Source: Microbotryum violaceum
Taxonomy: Eukaryota
DNA length: 64,000 nucleotides
NCBI GenBank assembly: GCA_001244265.2
Contig: CDLV01000008.1
Coordinates: 1,674,001 to 1,738,000, forward strand
Reading direction: 5' to 3'
The notes under the pieces are model-generated. The model was given only the letters and a program-made list of their open reading frames with translations. It did not search any database and had not been told where the DNA came from. Positions 39,640-52,832 of this stretch are shown in pieces. The stretch's first letter is position 1. Each line of letters opens with the position of its first letter. Position numbers and translations under genes: made by a program.

Positions 39640-40221
39640 GGGTCAAGAGGAAAGAGTTTGATGGACGAGCTGTGGTGTGTAGCTATGGGGGAATGTAATG
39701 CTTGGGAAGGAACTGCGACGGGTATGAGTTATGAAGGGGAGAAGCGAGAAAGACAAGGACCCGAGCTTGGTGAACGATTTTTCGTCATTCGAGCCAGCGA
39801 GATCTAGCGAGATTCGCGCTTGCGCCAGCTCGCGCCTGACGCTCTCGCGCCTGAGGCCTGAGGCCTGAGCGTCAGGGGCCTGAGCGCCTGAGCCTGAGCG
39901 CCTGCTGGCAGAGACTGACAGACTGAGCCGGTCTGGGCCGGTCTGAGCCGGTCTGAGCGCGGGCTACGAAAGTCCGAGCGGCGCCGGTTCATTCTCGACC
40001 ACACCACCCTCGCATCCTACGGTCATTGTTCCATCGGCTCGCTCGAAAAAAGAGTAGCTGAGATCAGGAGTGCATCGAAAGCATTATCGCACCGTCAAGC
40101 TTTCTGACCCGACTGCCCGCGTGACCTCGCTCGTTCCGTTCCCCTACCGTAACGCTGATCATCGTCCTCGCACTCACTCATCTCTGCACGCGCCCCAGCT
40201 TCCTTCCAACGACTGGTAACG

Positions 40222-43029
40222 ATGGCTGAAGCAGCAGGAGATAAGCAATGGAAAGAGTCCATCTCTCTCGAAGAGACAAAGTAAGTCTACCCTACCCCTG
40301 CCCGAGCGTTCAACCGGGATGAGTGACAGCTCGCTGACTTGGGGGAATTCCGACCTCCACTCTTGTTCCTGGCTTCGAATCGTCCGTAGTAAGATTCGTG
40401 TCTCCCTCGGTCTGAAACCCATCTCGGATGCCCCCTCCAAAGCCGCAACGGCGGACAAGCTCGCCGCGGACAACTTCGCCTCTGCTCAGTCCGCCTTGGC
40501 CCAACAACGCGATGCCAAAGCCCAGCAAGACCGCATCGACAAAGCACGCAACACTCGAGAACGAGCGAAGCGACTCGTAGGAATCGGTTTAGGCGAGGTC
40601 GAACCCAAGATTGAGGGGGAGAGTAGCTCGTCGAGCGGTGGGGCCAAAGATTGGGTCAAGTTGCAGAAGAAGAGGGCAAAGGAGTTGGCCGCCAAGAGGG
40701 AGAAGGACTTGTTGGAGGAGGAGAAGAGGGCGATGGAGGAGAGCAAGAGGAATAGGTATGGCGAGGAGGACCTCAAGGGGCTCAAGGTCGCGCATGGGAT
40801 GGATGACTTGGAGGAGGGCGACGAGGCTGTTTTGACGCTTGTCGATCGAGGCGTGCTCGAGGACGATGGTCAGTTGGCAAGTTGATTCATCACGCTAATT
40901 CCAGAGCTGACAGGTTTGGTATACACAAAATACAGACGACGAGCTGCAAAACGTCAACATGGCCGAGAATCTCAAAACGGCCGAGGCGCTCAAGCTCAAA
41001 AAGAAGGGCAAGCAAGCCGGCCAATACACGGGTTACGATGACGACGAGTTCAACGAGAAAGCTGCGAGTGGCCCGAGCACGAAGAGTGTGCTTGCCAAGT
41101 ATGACGATGAGGAGCAGGAGGAAGGGTTCCGGCTCGGTTCGGCCCCGGTCCCTCGAGCTGCAAAAGGCGATGGGATGGAAGGTGCGAGTGGGTTCGGTGC
41201 CGGCGATGCAGATGGGAGGGAGAGGGTCAAGTTGTCGATGGAATACACCAAGTCTTTCAACTCGGACTATTTGCAAGAAGGCGAGGTCGGGTTCAAGGTC
41301 AAGAAGAAGAAGAAGCGACCGCAGGCGAGCCGAACAACGGGCGCGTTGCTTGGTGCCGAAGAGACGGCAACGAATGGTGACGCGACGAGCATGGACGTTG
41401 ATCAGCCTTCGATTCAGACTCGGGAGGTAGAGCGACAGAATTTTGATTCGACGAACTTGATTGATGACGACGATTTGCAAGCATCGCTGGCGAGGCAACG
41501 ACGCGAAGCCAACAAGAAACGGATTCAGGAACTGAAGAAACGCGCGGCTGACAGGGCACTTGTAAAGGAAGAAGAAAGGGAGGAAGAGATGGATGTCAAG
41601 GCCGAGAGTGGCGATGAGGGGATGGGTGGGGGTGGAGGAGGAGGAGGAGCCGATGAGCTTGTCCTCGACGACACGAGCACTTTTGTCCGCAACATCACTC
41701 TCGCGGCGGCCGAACGTGCCTTATCGACGAACGGCGCGGTCAAGAAGGAACCAAACGCGACTTCGACTGCGCCGGCCGCCTCACCTGCTGGCCCTCAAGT
41801 CAAAGCCGAACCCGTGGACGAGCCCCTCTCGCTACTCGATACGGCGCCGCCCCAAGCCGGACCTTCATCCCATCGATTGACGGCGGCGCAAATGAGCGGA
41901 TGGGGAGAAGCACGCGAAGACGGCGAAGAGTCGGACGATGGCGAGGACGCGCAGATGCGTGACCCCTACGACGATCGCGACGACCGTGGACGATCCACCT
42001 CGATCAAGCCTGAAAATGACGTCGTTCACGACGACGACGATTTCGGAACCTCGGGCGAAAAGCTCTACTCGCAAGGTCTGGCGGGGACGTTGGCTATCTT
42101 GAAAAAGACGGGTGCGATCGTGCCTCGGACACCGGAGGAGATCGAGCGGGATCGAAAAGTCAAAGCCGACGCGTTGTGGATTGCTAAGTTACGCCAGAGG
42201 GATGCCGAACGCGAGGCGGAGAAGCTAGCTTCCAAAGCTGCAGGCTCGAGCAAGACGCAACAGCAGCGCGAGTACGAGAACAGATTGAGGGATCAGCGCG
42301 AGGCGCAGGAGACGCTCGATCGCTTCAAGGAGTACAAGCCTAATGTCAAGCTGACGTATCATGATGAGTTTGGTCGCGATCAGACTAAGAAGGAGGTGAG
42401 CTTGTGCATTTGTCTAACTGCAAAGGAATTGGGAGACTGACTAAGGTGGTTGTCCTACTCCTCAGGCATGGAAGCAATTGTCGCACTCATTTCACGGCAA
42501 GACGAACGGTGCCAAGAACACGGAGCGGAGGCTGCGCAAGATCGAGAACGAGCGCAAGGCCGCGGCTATGGCCGCAGGCGATACTCCAACTGGATCAGCA
42601 TCGGCATTCTCTGCTCGAGCAGAACGTACAGGATCTGCGACGATGATCCTCTCGGTTGGTAACAAGGGATCAGCGCCGATGCAGGAGGAGATGCTCGGAC
42701 CCAACTCGCTGACCAAGAAGCGGAAACCGACGACCACGAACGGCAAGGCCGCCGCTGCGGGTTCCAGCTCGTCCACCAAAGGTGCTCGAGGCTCGACGCC
42801 GAGCGGGTCGGATGCGGTCATCAACGACATTCCGATGCGGGCGATCCCGATCGGGAGGGACGAGTCTCCGAGACCTCGGGCTGGGTTTACGCCAGTACGT
42901 GGGTTCACCACTGGATTGAACGTGGAAGGTGGAGATGGCGCGGAGAGGTTCTTGCCTATTGCGGTCAAGAGGAAAGCACAACAGGACGCGGCGGGGCTTC
43001 CGAATGGGAAGAGTCAGAGGACGGATTAG
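40222..43029 (+). CDS. SNU66: U4/U6.U5 tri-snRNP protein Snu66/SART1, multi-exon
   Basis: HIND motif ISLEETN/KIRVSLGLKP, GLKVAHG, YTGYDDDEF, DDDDLQASLARQRR, YKPNVKLTYHDEFGR, SHSFHGK. Confidence 0.93.
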
Positions 43030-43932
43030 ATGCTTTCAGGGGTGAGAAAGGAACTAGCGGGGCTACTGAGGAGCTAGGACAGCTTTGCAATCCCATTGCG
43101 TCGTCATGAACGGTCCACATCAGCAGATGAAGAGTCGCAGTGCCTCGTTCCTGATTTTCACAAACATTGAAACTATGTACGCTGAATCGGAGGTCAAACT
43201 GCCTGTTGATCTCAGCTGGAGACACGGTCGTCGCCAGTCGCCCTTCGCCCGTCGCCCGCATTACCAGGCTATATAGTGGGCAGTATTCCTGGTGTTTGAT
43301 GTGGCTTCCTCACGCTTGAGATGATACAACTGTTGCTGGACTAAGCAGGACGTTCCTGCTGTGATGTTGTCACGCCTGCTCAAGCGGTGGTAAGTCTCTG
43401 ATCGAAGGACCAAGGGAGACCAGACCAAGAAGTTGCTTGAGCAGGAGAGAAACCAGAGTGGGGCCATTTGGCTGGGCCCAAGTCAGCCCAGCCAAAGTCA
43501 GGCGCACGGACCTGGCCCAGGTGCAGAGACCAGGCCCAGAGTGGGAGAGCTAAGGTGGTGAAAAGTAGGCCAAAAGTGATCAAAACGAAGAGAGGAGGGT
43601 AGGTACAAGATACAAGAAGGACATGAAGGAGATATTTGATCTCACACCTGCCAACATGTTATTCTGGCTCCCACTGCCCATCTGGCCCCTTTAAGATCAG
43701 TCAGCCATTCACTGACGGCGTTCGAAGCTCGATTGCGTCTGCTGGTGATAGTAGCCAGGACAACAGAATCGGGACGCGCGCTCTTGCCTCGTCGTCTCTT
43801 CCCTCCGACTTCGGGTCTCGCCTGACACCTGCACGATCCTGAAACTCCCCCGACCCACGATCATCACACGCTTCTGAATCTCTCCTGCGCGGAACGGACC
43901 AGACGCAAGGAGCTGCGATCGCCCCCCGTGGC

Positions 43933-46900
43933 ATGGGCGCGACTCGGCGAAGTCCGGCGCGCCGGGGCGTTGATGACTCGGACTTCTCGGTCAGTCCCCA
44001 ACTGCCCAACAGGTGGCACCGACGCACGGCGTGCTGCGCCTGGCTATCCTGGCTGCTGCAGTGCTCGTCCGGGCCGGCTGACGCGTTGTGCGTTACCCGC
44101 CTTGTAGACCAGCATGACTCACCCAGGTGCAAGATCGGTGCAGCCACGACTCATTAAGTCAGTACAACGCGTCCCGAAACTATGAATGACTCTCATGTTT
44201 ATTGTGCTGATCGAATGTCCTGCGCTTTCACCGCCAACTGGGTCCCCGCTTGGCTTATCACGTGTGCCCACCCCCACCATCCCATCGATCGTTGCCCTTC
44301 GCCTCCTCCAAAGGGATCCGACCGCGCTCGAATTGCTCTCATCGCATTGGAAGACCTGGGCACGCGCCGATACGAAAGCAGTCCATGAACCCAGCACCTC
44401 AAAGCCTACCGCACAGGGCGGGGCACCGGCGGCGGAAGCGACGAAGGGCGAGGAAGCCGAGGACGGGGACGGCCGAACCTGTGCAGCTGACGTCGAAGAG
44501 GTGTCGTCAAAGGCTGTGCTACCGAAAGGTGACCGCATCACCTGGTCAGGATGGGACGAGATCGCTTCAGAAACATCAACGAGGTTAGTTGGAGCTATCT
44601 ATACGCCACGTACGCCACGAGCCTCACCCGTCCTTGTGACTTGGATGTCTCTTGCCCCTGCCCCTGCCCATGCCCGGTGCCACCCCACCTCCCCACCTCG
44701 CTCAGGCCCCCCTACCTTGCCCCTGGCTGACACGATTTCGGCCTTGACGTGATCGCAGACGGCTCCTCATCATCGCATATGCTTCACTTGGACTTGTCAT
44801 ATGGGACTGCTCGGTCCTCGACGCGTGGCATGAGATGGCCAAGATCCGAACGATTGTAGACGCCCCCACAAGTGGTGCCGTCCAGGCCGAGGTGGCCGAC
44901 ACCAAGCCCGGCGCAATCGTCAGCGCATGCATCATCCCTCCCGCATTCTCACCAGTCTCGAACGATAGTCCTCTTCTAGCGGTCGTCACCAGAGCCTCCG
45001 ATGCCGGGCCAGGATCGTCAGCGCGCTTTGGACTCGCACCAAACGCGTTCGTTTTCATCTACTCTCTGGCTTCGGGTACGGTTGTACATTCTTGGTCACT
45101 TCCCGGGACTCCACATCGTGTCTCGGCAAATCATCGACAGGTCGTTGTGTCGACGTCATCACCTCTTGCCTTGCACGTTTATTCCTCGTCCGATTTCAAG
45201 GCCTTAAAATTTTCGCCCATCCGCGAGCTCGCCCCGAGTCCAATTGACGGTTCACCCGTATTTGACCTCGGCCGAGGCGGACGGGCACTCGCCTACGCGA
45301 CAGATCGTAAGGTTGTTTCCGGTTCATCCTCTGCGGCTCGATTCGACGAACGCAACGTCGCTCGGCCCGGAGCTGGGATCCTCGCTCAGCGTGGCTTCTT
45401 TGACACCGACGAAGCAAGTTCTACTCGGCGATCAAGCGCCTCGACATCCTACGACCGCGCCGCGTTTTTTGAAGATGCGAGAGTAGCTGGAGCCGTCGGT
45501 GGTGAAGTTGCCAAGCGAGTGGGAGGCGGTGTGCTCAACGGGGCGAAGGCGATCGGCAGTTTCGGCTACAACTACTGGACAAGCTCGACGGGATCCTCCG
45601 CCGACCCGGAGGCCAATACCGCGGGGTTTGGAGAAGGCGATGCTCCGGCCAAAGCTTTATCGAGATCCTCCCCGTTGCCTTCTCTATTACGTTCCGGGAA
45701 TCGGTCACCAGTTACTCCCATCTCCAATGCGACCTTCGCAACCGCTCGACAGTCGAACGACGCGCAGCCGTCATTAACTTCCGGCGCCGTGCTCATCATC
45801 GACCTAATGGCCCTTTCGGAAACGAAACCCAGTCATCGCATCCCTCATGGTCGTACGCCATCTCCCCCCGTCTTGGCTCATTTCCGAGCGCACCAATCTC
45901 CAATCGCTGCGCTGTCGCTGACACCTTCGAGCGGCTCGATCCTGGTCGCACCTTCGAACGGCCACTACTTTGACGTGTTTGAGCTCAAACCCAACAGACG
46001 GACTAGGGGATCATTCAATGACGGAGACCGCGCTGACAAAGTGTGGCACCGATACCGACTCAATCGTGGACTGACGGCAGCTCGAACGACGACTGTGTCC
46101 TGGTCCGAGGATGCGAGACTGGTCGCGATTGGAACCGGCAAAGGGACGACCCACGTGTATGCCCTCAACCCGACAGGGGGTAGACCGGATCTCTCGAGTC
46201 ACTTGCAGCCGCGCGTCGTTAATGAGCAGGATCTAGCCCCGTTGTCGACTTCCCTCTCTACGATCGCCAGGATCAGAAGAGGGCTAACGGCCGAACAAAT
46301 CAAGGAGGAATCGAGCGTCGATGCGTTGCTTGGACTCGCTCCGCGGAGCGTGTTCGTGCCCAAGGCAACCTCGGCGTCGAGTAGTCTTAGGCCGGAGCCA
46401 CTTTCGCCGAAGACAACATCGTCGACAACTTCGCTCTCTCAGGATATCTTAATGTTCTGTCCTGCTTCTGCAACCTGTGTGCTCGAACGCTTGCAAGCCT
46501 CTCCCGCCCCAGCGACCACGACCGAGGCGGCTTCACGGGGCGACGTTGGCCGACTAGCCTCCACCGCAGTGTCGGGTCTGACGCAACTCATGAAGTCTCG
46601 TGGAGGCGCTACTTCGATTGCTACATCGTCGACGACATCGGCTCGTTCGGACAAGAAGGACTGGCAGATTCGTTCTTCGGCCAAGGCAGAGTGGGCCCTC
46701 GCCACGGATGCGCAGCAGCTGGTAGGCGAAGGAGACCCACTCGAGGTGAACGCTTTTGCAAGTGGCCAAACGAAGAAGCATTATACTCGGTCAGATCATT
46801 TCGCCTCCAGCCCGCGCATTTTGCTCTTCTTAGCTGACTCTGACCCCTTGGCGCCATTCCCCAGCTGTTCGGCCCAAGCCGAAATCGAGACTTTCTCCCG

Positions 46901-47879
46901 GTCCCCGAGGGTCCTGCCTCGGTCGCTGTACGCGTCCCAGCAGTTCAACTTCTTCGCCCTTCCTCGCGATTATGTGATACAAGAGGCTTCTGGTATGGTC
47001 CCTCGGCCGCTCAAACGACTCGAGATGCGCACCGAGGTCGAGGTCAGAGAAGGTCGATCGGCACTCAGCGTCGACCGTGACGAAGGGCCTTCCTTTTCGC
47101 CCGAACGAGCCGATGCCGCGACTGCGGCGGCATTCGACCAGCCGATCAAATCGGCGATGCAGACGATACTCGATGATCCGATGGTCGCTCTGCCTTCGTC
47201 GTCGCCCTCTGGAGTTGCGGATGTATTCGCACACCATCCCGGGTTCCCGAACGGCGTTGCGGGGAAGCAAGGTCGGCACGCGCACAGCGGCCTGGCGATC
47301 CCGATCCGAGTCGGCGCGACCGTTCGTCAAGGCCTCGTTAATACCGTTCGAGGTGTCGTCGCCATGTCGGTTCCTGCAGGCCAACACCTGAGACGACGCA
47401 CGAGTGGTTCGACGAGCGCGACGAGCGGCGAGTATTGTTCGTCGAGCGTCTCGTTTGAAGACGATGCGGTCTTCGCCACGAGGGACGACGAGAGCGCCTC
47501 GACGACGTGCACGAGCGAGGTGGACGAGGAGGATGACAATCACTCGCTTGATCGAGAGGAGGAAGACGGCGGGGGTGAGGAGGGGGACGAGGTCGATGAA
47601 GCGGCATGGGGCTGGGGCGATGACGATATTCGTTTCGATTCATCGACAACGACAACCACGCCCAAAGACTCTTTACGGACGAGGCGCAGATCGGACTCGA
47701 TTGCTGAAGTGCCGTTCGAAGAGGATTTTGACGACTTTGTACCACAAGTTCAACTCGTCGTTCCTACCTCCAAAGCCAAAGATCGAGGTCGCCAGTCTGC
47801 AGCGAAGGCCAAGGCGGCGGGGCCGGTGACAACGTTGTCGACAACGACGACGGTCGCGAGTGGAGATGATACGCAGTAG
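43933..47879 (+). CDS. BCAS3-like WD40 beta-propeller protein (autophagy-related); 5' end uncertain
   Basis: 1014-aa ORF; AHFRAHQSPIAALS, YRLNRGLTAA..WSEDARLVAIGTGKGTTHVYALNP, AQAEIETF..QFNF match the BCAS3 layout. Confidence 0.75.
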
Positions 47880-48442
47880 TGGTGCTTCGCGGATGTTCTT
47901 TTAGGATTTCATGTCGGCGTTTTAAGACATGTTTCGTCTTCTGATTGCGTCTGTAGGATTGTTCTTCATATGATTGCTTCCGATCGTCTGTCGTCTTGAC
48001 TCGGCCAAGTGCACACACTTTTATTTTTTGGCTGGGCCCATCGCAACATAGTGTGTCAGTTGTAGTTTTAAGCTTAAAGCCAACTGTGATTGTTATGATA
48101 TCCGAAAGATGAGACCTCGGGAGTGAAGTTCCGAGACGCGGTGTCAGTAATGTGTTTTCGACTGGTCGTTGCCGCGTAAGCGCTTCGGCCGGCGGTCGAT
48201 CGCCGGCGCGCAGTTGGCTGTGGCAGTGGCAGTGGCAGCCTGCGGCATGCGGCAGCTTACGGCAGCTTGTTGCTGCTTGCGGCGGCTGGAAGGTTGGAGA
48301 AGCAGAGCTCGCTCGCGCCTGTGGTCGTCAGTTGTGCTTCGCCACATCGTCGGTTGTGCTTCGCCACATACGACGAACACTTGTTTAGACACAGCCCACA
48401 GACTCTACCGTAAACACACCTTCCAACCTCAACTACATCAAC

Positions 48443-49158
48443 ATGCCTCGCTCATCTCGCTCTTCGGGAGGTCGAGCTGCTGCTCGACCCGCTGCACCGG
48501 CTCCTTCGCACCAACAGAGCCGTGGCGCGCACACCCAGTACGCTCCCATTCCCCTCGTCACCACCTCCACCTCCACATGCGGATGCTGACCATTCCAGTC
48601 TTCTCCCTCGTAGAGCTGCACCACCGGCACGCACCACTCCCGCTGGTGTTCCCGCTCCCCATGCCGGCCAGCCCCAACAACCGGGCATGCTCGCTAACGT
48701 GCGTCCGCTTGCCCACCTCGCACAGACTGAATCTAAGCGTTCCCCCAACCTGACAGCTGACCTCTGTTCCCATCGACTCCGATCTGACAGATTGCCTCGA
48801 CCGCCGCGGGTGTCGGTATGGGTTCCGTCATCGGCCACGGTGTCAGCAACATGCTCTTTGGCGGTCGATCGTCCGAGGCCGCCCCCGTCGCGGAGCCGCA
48901 ACAGCAGTCGTACGAAGAGAGGAGGATGGGTGGAAGCTGTGAGATTCCGGCCAAAGGTGAGTATGGGATAAATTGACATAGCCTTGTGGGCAATCTGCGC
49001 GGTGTGGCTAGGTAGGTTGCAGCTCAGCTGACACGACGGTCCTCTGCCTGTTCCCAGACTTTACCCAATGCCTCAAAGCGACCGGATCCGATATGAACGC
49101 GTGCAAATTCTACCTTGAGCAACTCACTCAATGCCAGCAAGCCGCTAGTCAATACTAG
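48443..49158 (+). CDS. MIX17: Mitochondrial twin CX9C protein Mix17/CHCHD2, 4 exons
   Basis: Spliced product MPRSSRSSGG..QPGMLAN/IASTAAGVGMGSVIGHG..CEIPAK/DFTQC..CKFYLEQLTQC. Confidence 0.9.
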
Positions 49159-50201
49159 ACGGGTCGCGGGTTGCACCGGAAGGAGGTCGCTTTTTCTCGC
49201 GCACGGATCTTTTGTTGGGGTGAAAGATTGTCGAACTGCAGTGCACAATGGATTGACTATGAAATGACATTTTTTGAGTGGAGATGAACGTTATTTGTTG
49301 ATCGTTGGACCAGGCCAATCATCGAAAGATTCGAGCACACCCGGTTATAGGTTCAGTATGACTGTGCGAGAAGGCTTCGCCTGCACGGGGAGGCTTGCGT
49401 CCGTCAGCGTGTGACTCTGATACCGAGCCAGTGCGCAAAGTTCGTCAGGAATTCAACCTCCTTTTCCCTACCCGTCCCTGTTAGAGAAAAATAAAACCCC
49501 CACTCTGCCGTACCGGTCTACCTCAGTCGCCGGTACCTAGCTGAAATCTTGAGGGGTTTCAGGTACCGGATCATCGGCGCGGATGTGGGCCGGTCCGATT
49601 CGGTGATGACCGAGTCGGCCCGTTCGTTTCGGTAGAATGTGTGGTGAATACCAGCGGTGGTCCCTTCGGGATCGGTGTTCAGTAACTACATAGATGTTCC
49701 ACTTTCGTTTGGGCCGCTTTCCTGGGCGCGAACTGAAAGTGTGATGTCCCGCCCTGCGAATCGGGACAGGGACAGGAAAACCGAGAGGGAATTGACCGCC
49801 GAGAAAGTTGCGCAGAAGAATTCCTGGGAGAGGGGTCCGCAAACGACTTGCTGGCATCAGACACATCAAGTTGAAATGAACTGGCTAGCAAATGGTGAGT
49901 TAACCCGAGTCGTAGGTCTTGTGCTGTCGCCGACTGGGCATCGAGCGTGGCTGCACCATGATGCAGTGCGCGATCAAACCTGCAAGCGGCGCTGACTTTG
50001 GTCGGCAAACTGGTCCGACCAGCCGCGGCGAGCCACCGCTCTCGTTGTCCCGACTCCATCACCGACAGGCGCCGAGGACGAGGTAAGCCTCTAATCGCCA
50101 CAGCCGCTGTCGGTCTCGGGGGCATCCTACCACTTGAAGGTTCTAATCACTCAATATCTTCCTGATCTCGCTCAGTAGCAGTGGAAGTAAGACCCACTCG
50201 A

Positions 50202-52408
50202 ATGCGCTCGTCTACACCGGGCGACGAAGGCGCGAGCTCGACGGGCACAGGCACAGGAACGGGCACGTCGACCCCAAGTAGCTCTGGCAAGCAGCTCTCT
50301 CGCAACACCTCGCCTTCGGCCGCTCGATCTCGATCACCGGCCGGGTACTGGGGTCGACCTGGCGGAGCTGGATCGAGGTCGTCGTCGACCGGTTCGTTCT
50401 TGTCGCGTCTCGTGGATACCCCCTCCCTCAAGGTCAGTTTCGCTTGTTTCCGGGCCTCGCTTCGCAGTCTAGCTGAGCCCGAATCGGGGACACGTCGCCG
50501 CGAGAGGCCGAGCCGCCAGTGGTCAAAGAACATGCGCTGACGAGGCCATTATCCCGTTCATAGGTTAATTTCACGGAGGACCTGCTCTTCCTCCATCCTG
50601 GCCCACCCGATCAGCCGACGTACGACCCCAGCGTCGAGGGCACGTGAGTCGCGTTCGCTTCGGTCATCCCGCTCGATAACGGGATATCCGTTCGGAGTTC
50701 TCGTCTTTGGACGGGTGAAGGCGCAACATCCACCCCCTATCACGACTGATCCGCGTCCACACCTTTACGTTGGACTGTTCTCCCTCCAGCGTGACCCTGT
50801 ACCTCCCCAAAGGCCGTACCTTGCGTCACCTCTCGGTCAAGCTCCAAGGCATCTGCTCGATCGGGTTCCAGCACCGACCGTACGAAACCTTCACCTGCCT
50901 CGAGAAGGAGTTGACGCTCGTGCGCGACATCGGAGGCGGCGCCGACACCTATCTTGAGCGTGGCGAACACATCTTCTCGTTCTCTATCTTGGTCCCGTCC
51001 AATACGGCACCTTATGAACGCAATGCGTACGGAAGGGTGCGCCATTTCGTATCGGCCAAGGCCAAAGGTCTCGGCAACTTTGGCGATCTTAAGAGCGAGG
51101 ACAAGAACCTCTACCTCGTCGTCAATGTAGGTCTTTTACATCGACCGGATTAGAGCCCGAGGTGGAGTTTTCCGGAGACTGACTCGTGTCCCACGGTTGC
51201 CTTGAATAGCCTGGCGGCGCCGGAGAATCTCAACCCCCACCACCTCTGGACTACAAGTTCGAAGGCGCGTCCGAAGATCTTGGACCCTACACGCTCGCAC
51301 TGCAGTCGCAATTTATAATAATTGCTGGTACGTGGAGCCCCTGACCTTCCGGATCGCAGTTTGCTAATGTTCTTACCACCCCGACGCGACTAGGTCTGAT
51401 CCTCTTCCGCTTCCGTCTTCTCGGGCCTCCGTCGCCAATTGCCATCTACTCGATCCGGCTCAAGGTGCTCCAGTACTTCACCCTCACCGCACCCTCCGAA
51501 CCCAACTACGTCGAGAAACCCCCACCTGAATCACGCACCGTGTTCCTGCTCGACCTGGCCCACCCACCCAACGGAGGCGATCCGGAGGTAGCCATCGAGG
51601 CCGAAGCTCTCGCCGGCGGCGGCGTTCGTTCAGGTTCTCAGACGCCTCGATCGGGGCCTTGGTTCGCCTTGAAGGCCGGAGAAGAGTACAAGGTCGCGCA
51701 TTTGGCCAGATTCTTGAATGACAACATCTTGCGTGGCTCGACCGTCGAAGGCATCGAAACGGGGATCCATATCCGTCACGAGATCGCGGTCGAGGTGACG
51801 TATTCGGCTTGGGAGGAGGATGAGAAATCGGCAGCGGCGGCGGAGAGAGAACGAAGCTCGACTCGGAAGGGGAAGAATAAGGAGGTTCCCAAAGAGTACG
51901 AGAAAAAGCTGTTTGTGGTGACCAAGCCGATTGACATATTTTCGGTGAGTAGCACAAATTGACGCAGATGCTCGAGCTTCGATCCTGGAAGCTGACGGTC
52001 TGGGCTTTGCGACAGTGCTGCTCGTGGTTGGACTCGTTGACGTTGCCCGAGTACTCGGTCGATGATCCGATCCCTCCACCTGATCCGGATCAAGAGATTC
52101 CTTGCACCTGCGGTTACTCGATGGCAGGGTGAGTTGGTAGCAAAGAGTCGATTCGGGAGTTTGACTGATGGAGGTCTTCTGCCCTGTTGCGTCTCAGGAT
52201 CGTCGGGCGACACGGCGGTTTCTTGAAAGAGGTTGCGTGGGAAGGGGAAAGCAGTGGGTTGACGTTTGCTACTCAATACAAACACGATGAAGGGACGTCG
52301 AGCCATCCGGGAAGCGGGGCGAACAGCCCGGCACTCTCGGATGAGAGGAGGGGCCGACCGCCGGTCCGACAATTTTATCAGGGTTTTCAATCGTTGTCGC
52401 TGAATTAG
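50202..52408 (+). CDS. Alpha-arrestin-like protein, paralogue 1, multi-exon
   Basis: VTLYLPKGRTLRHLSVKLQG, LERGEHIFSFSILVP..PYERNAYGRVRH, IRHEIAVEV, LPEY (PY-like) motif. Confidence 0.75.
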
Positions 52409-52832
52409 GATAAGTGCTTGAATACTGTAGAACTTAGAAGCTGCGATGGAGTTTTTGGGGGTCACTTTGTCAGAGAACTATCTAGATTGTAACACTTTTG
52501 CATATGCAACACATACACCGCGAGAGTGTAGCTTCTGATACCGAAGACCTTCGTGCGTGTGGGGTTAGAATAGGTCCGGCCGCGGGATCTGCGCGGGCGG
52601 CGGAGGAAGGTGCCTGAAGAAGGAACCAAGTCATTGCGGACGCGCGCCTTCGCGGTTGGACTACATATTGGCTGGCTCGGAAACAAGCGCGTGCTGAACC
52701 ACTTTCTTCCAGGTTTTTACCTGAGCGCACGAGTGTCGCGTGTGCCTCGACTTGGTCAGCCTCGTCTCGTTATCGCTCTGACTCTCTCCCTCACTCCCGT
52801 TATTCTGGACTGCTGGCGTGCGGGCAAGGACC

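Noticed and set aside
38705-39661. 318-aa + strand ORF
   Set aside because: Antisense to the MDR oxidoreductase
49530-49570. Stem-loop CCGGTACC...GGTACCGG as an ncRNA or tRNA
   Set aside because: No tRNA boxes or snRNA/snoRNA motifs; I found no tRNA or rRNA by eye anywhere in the window
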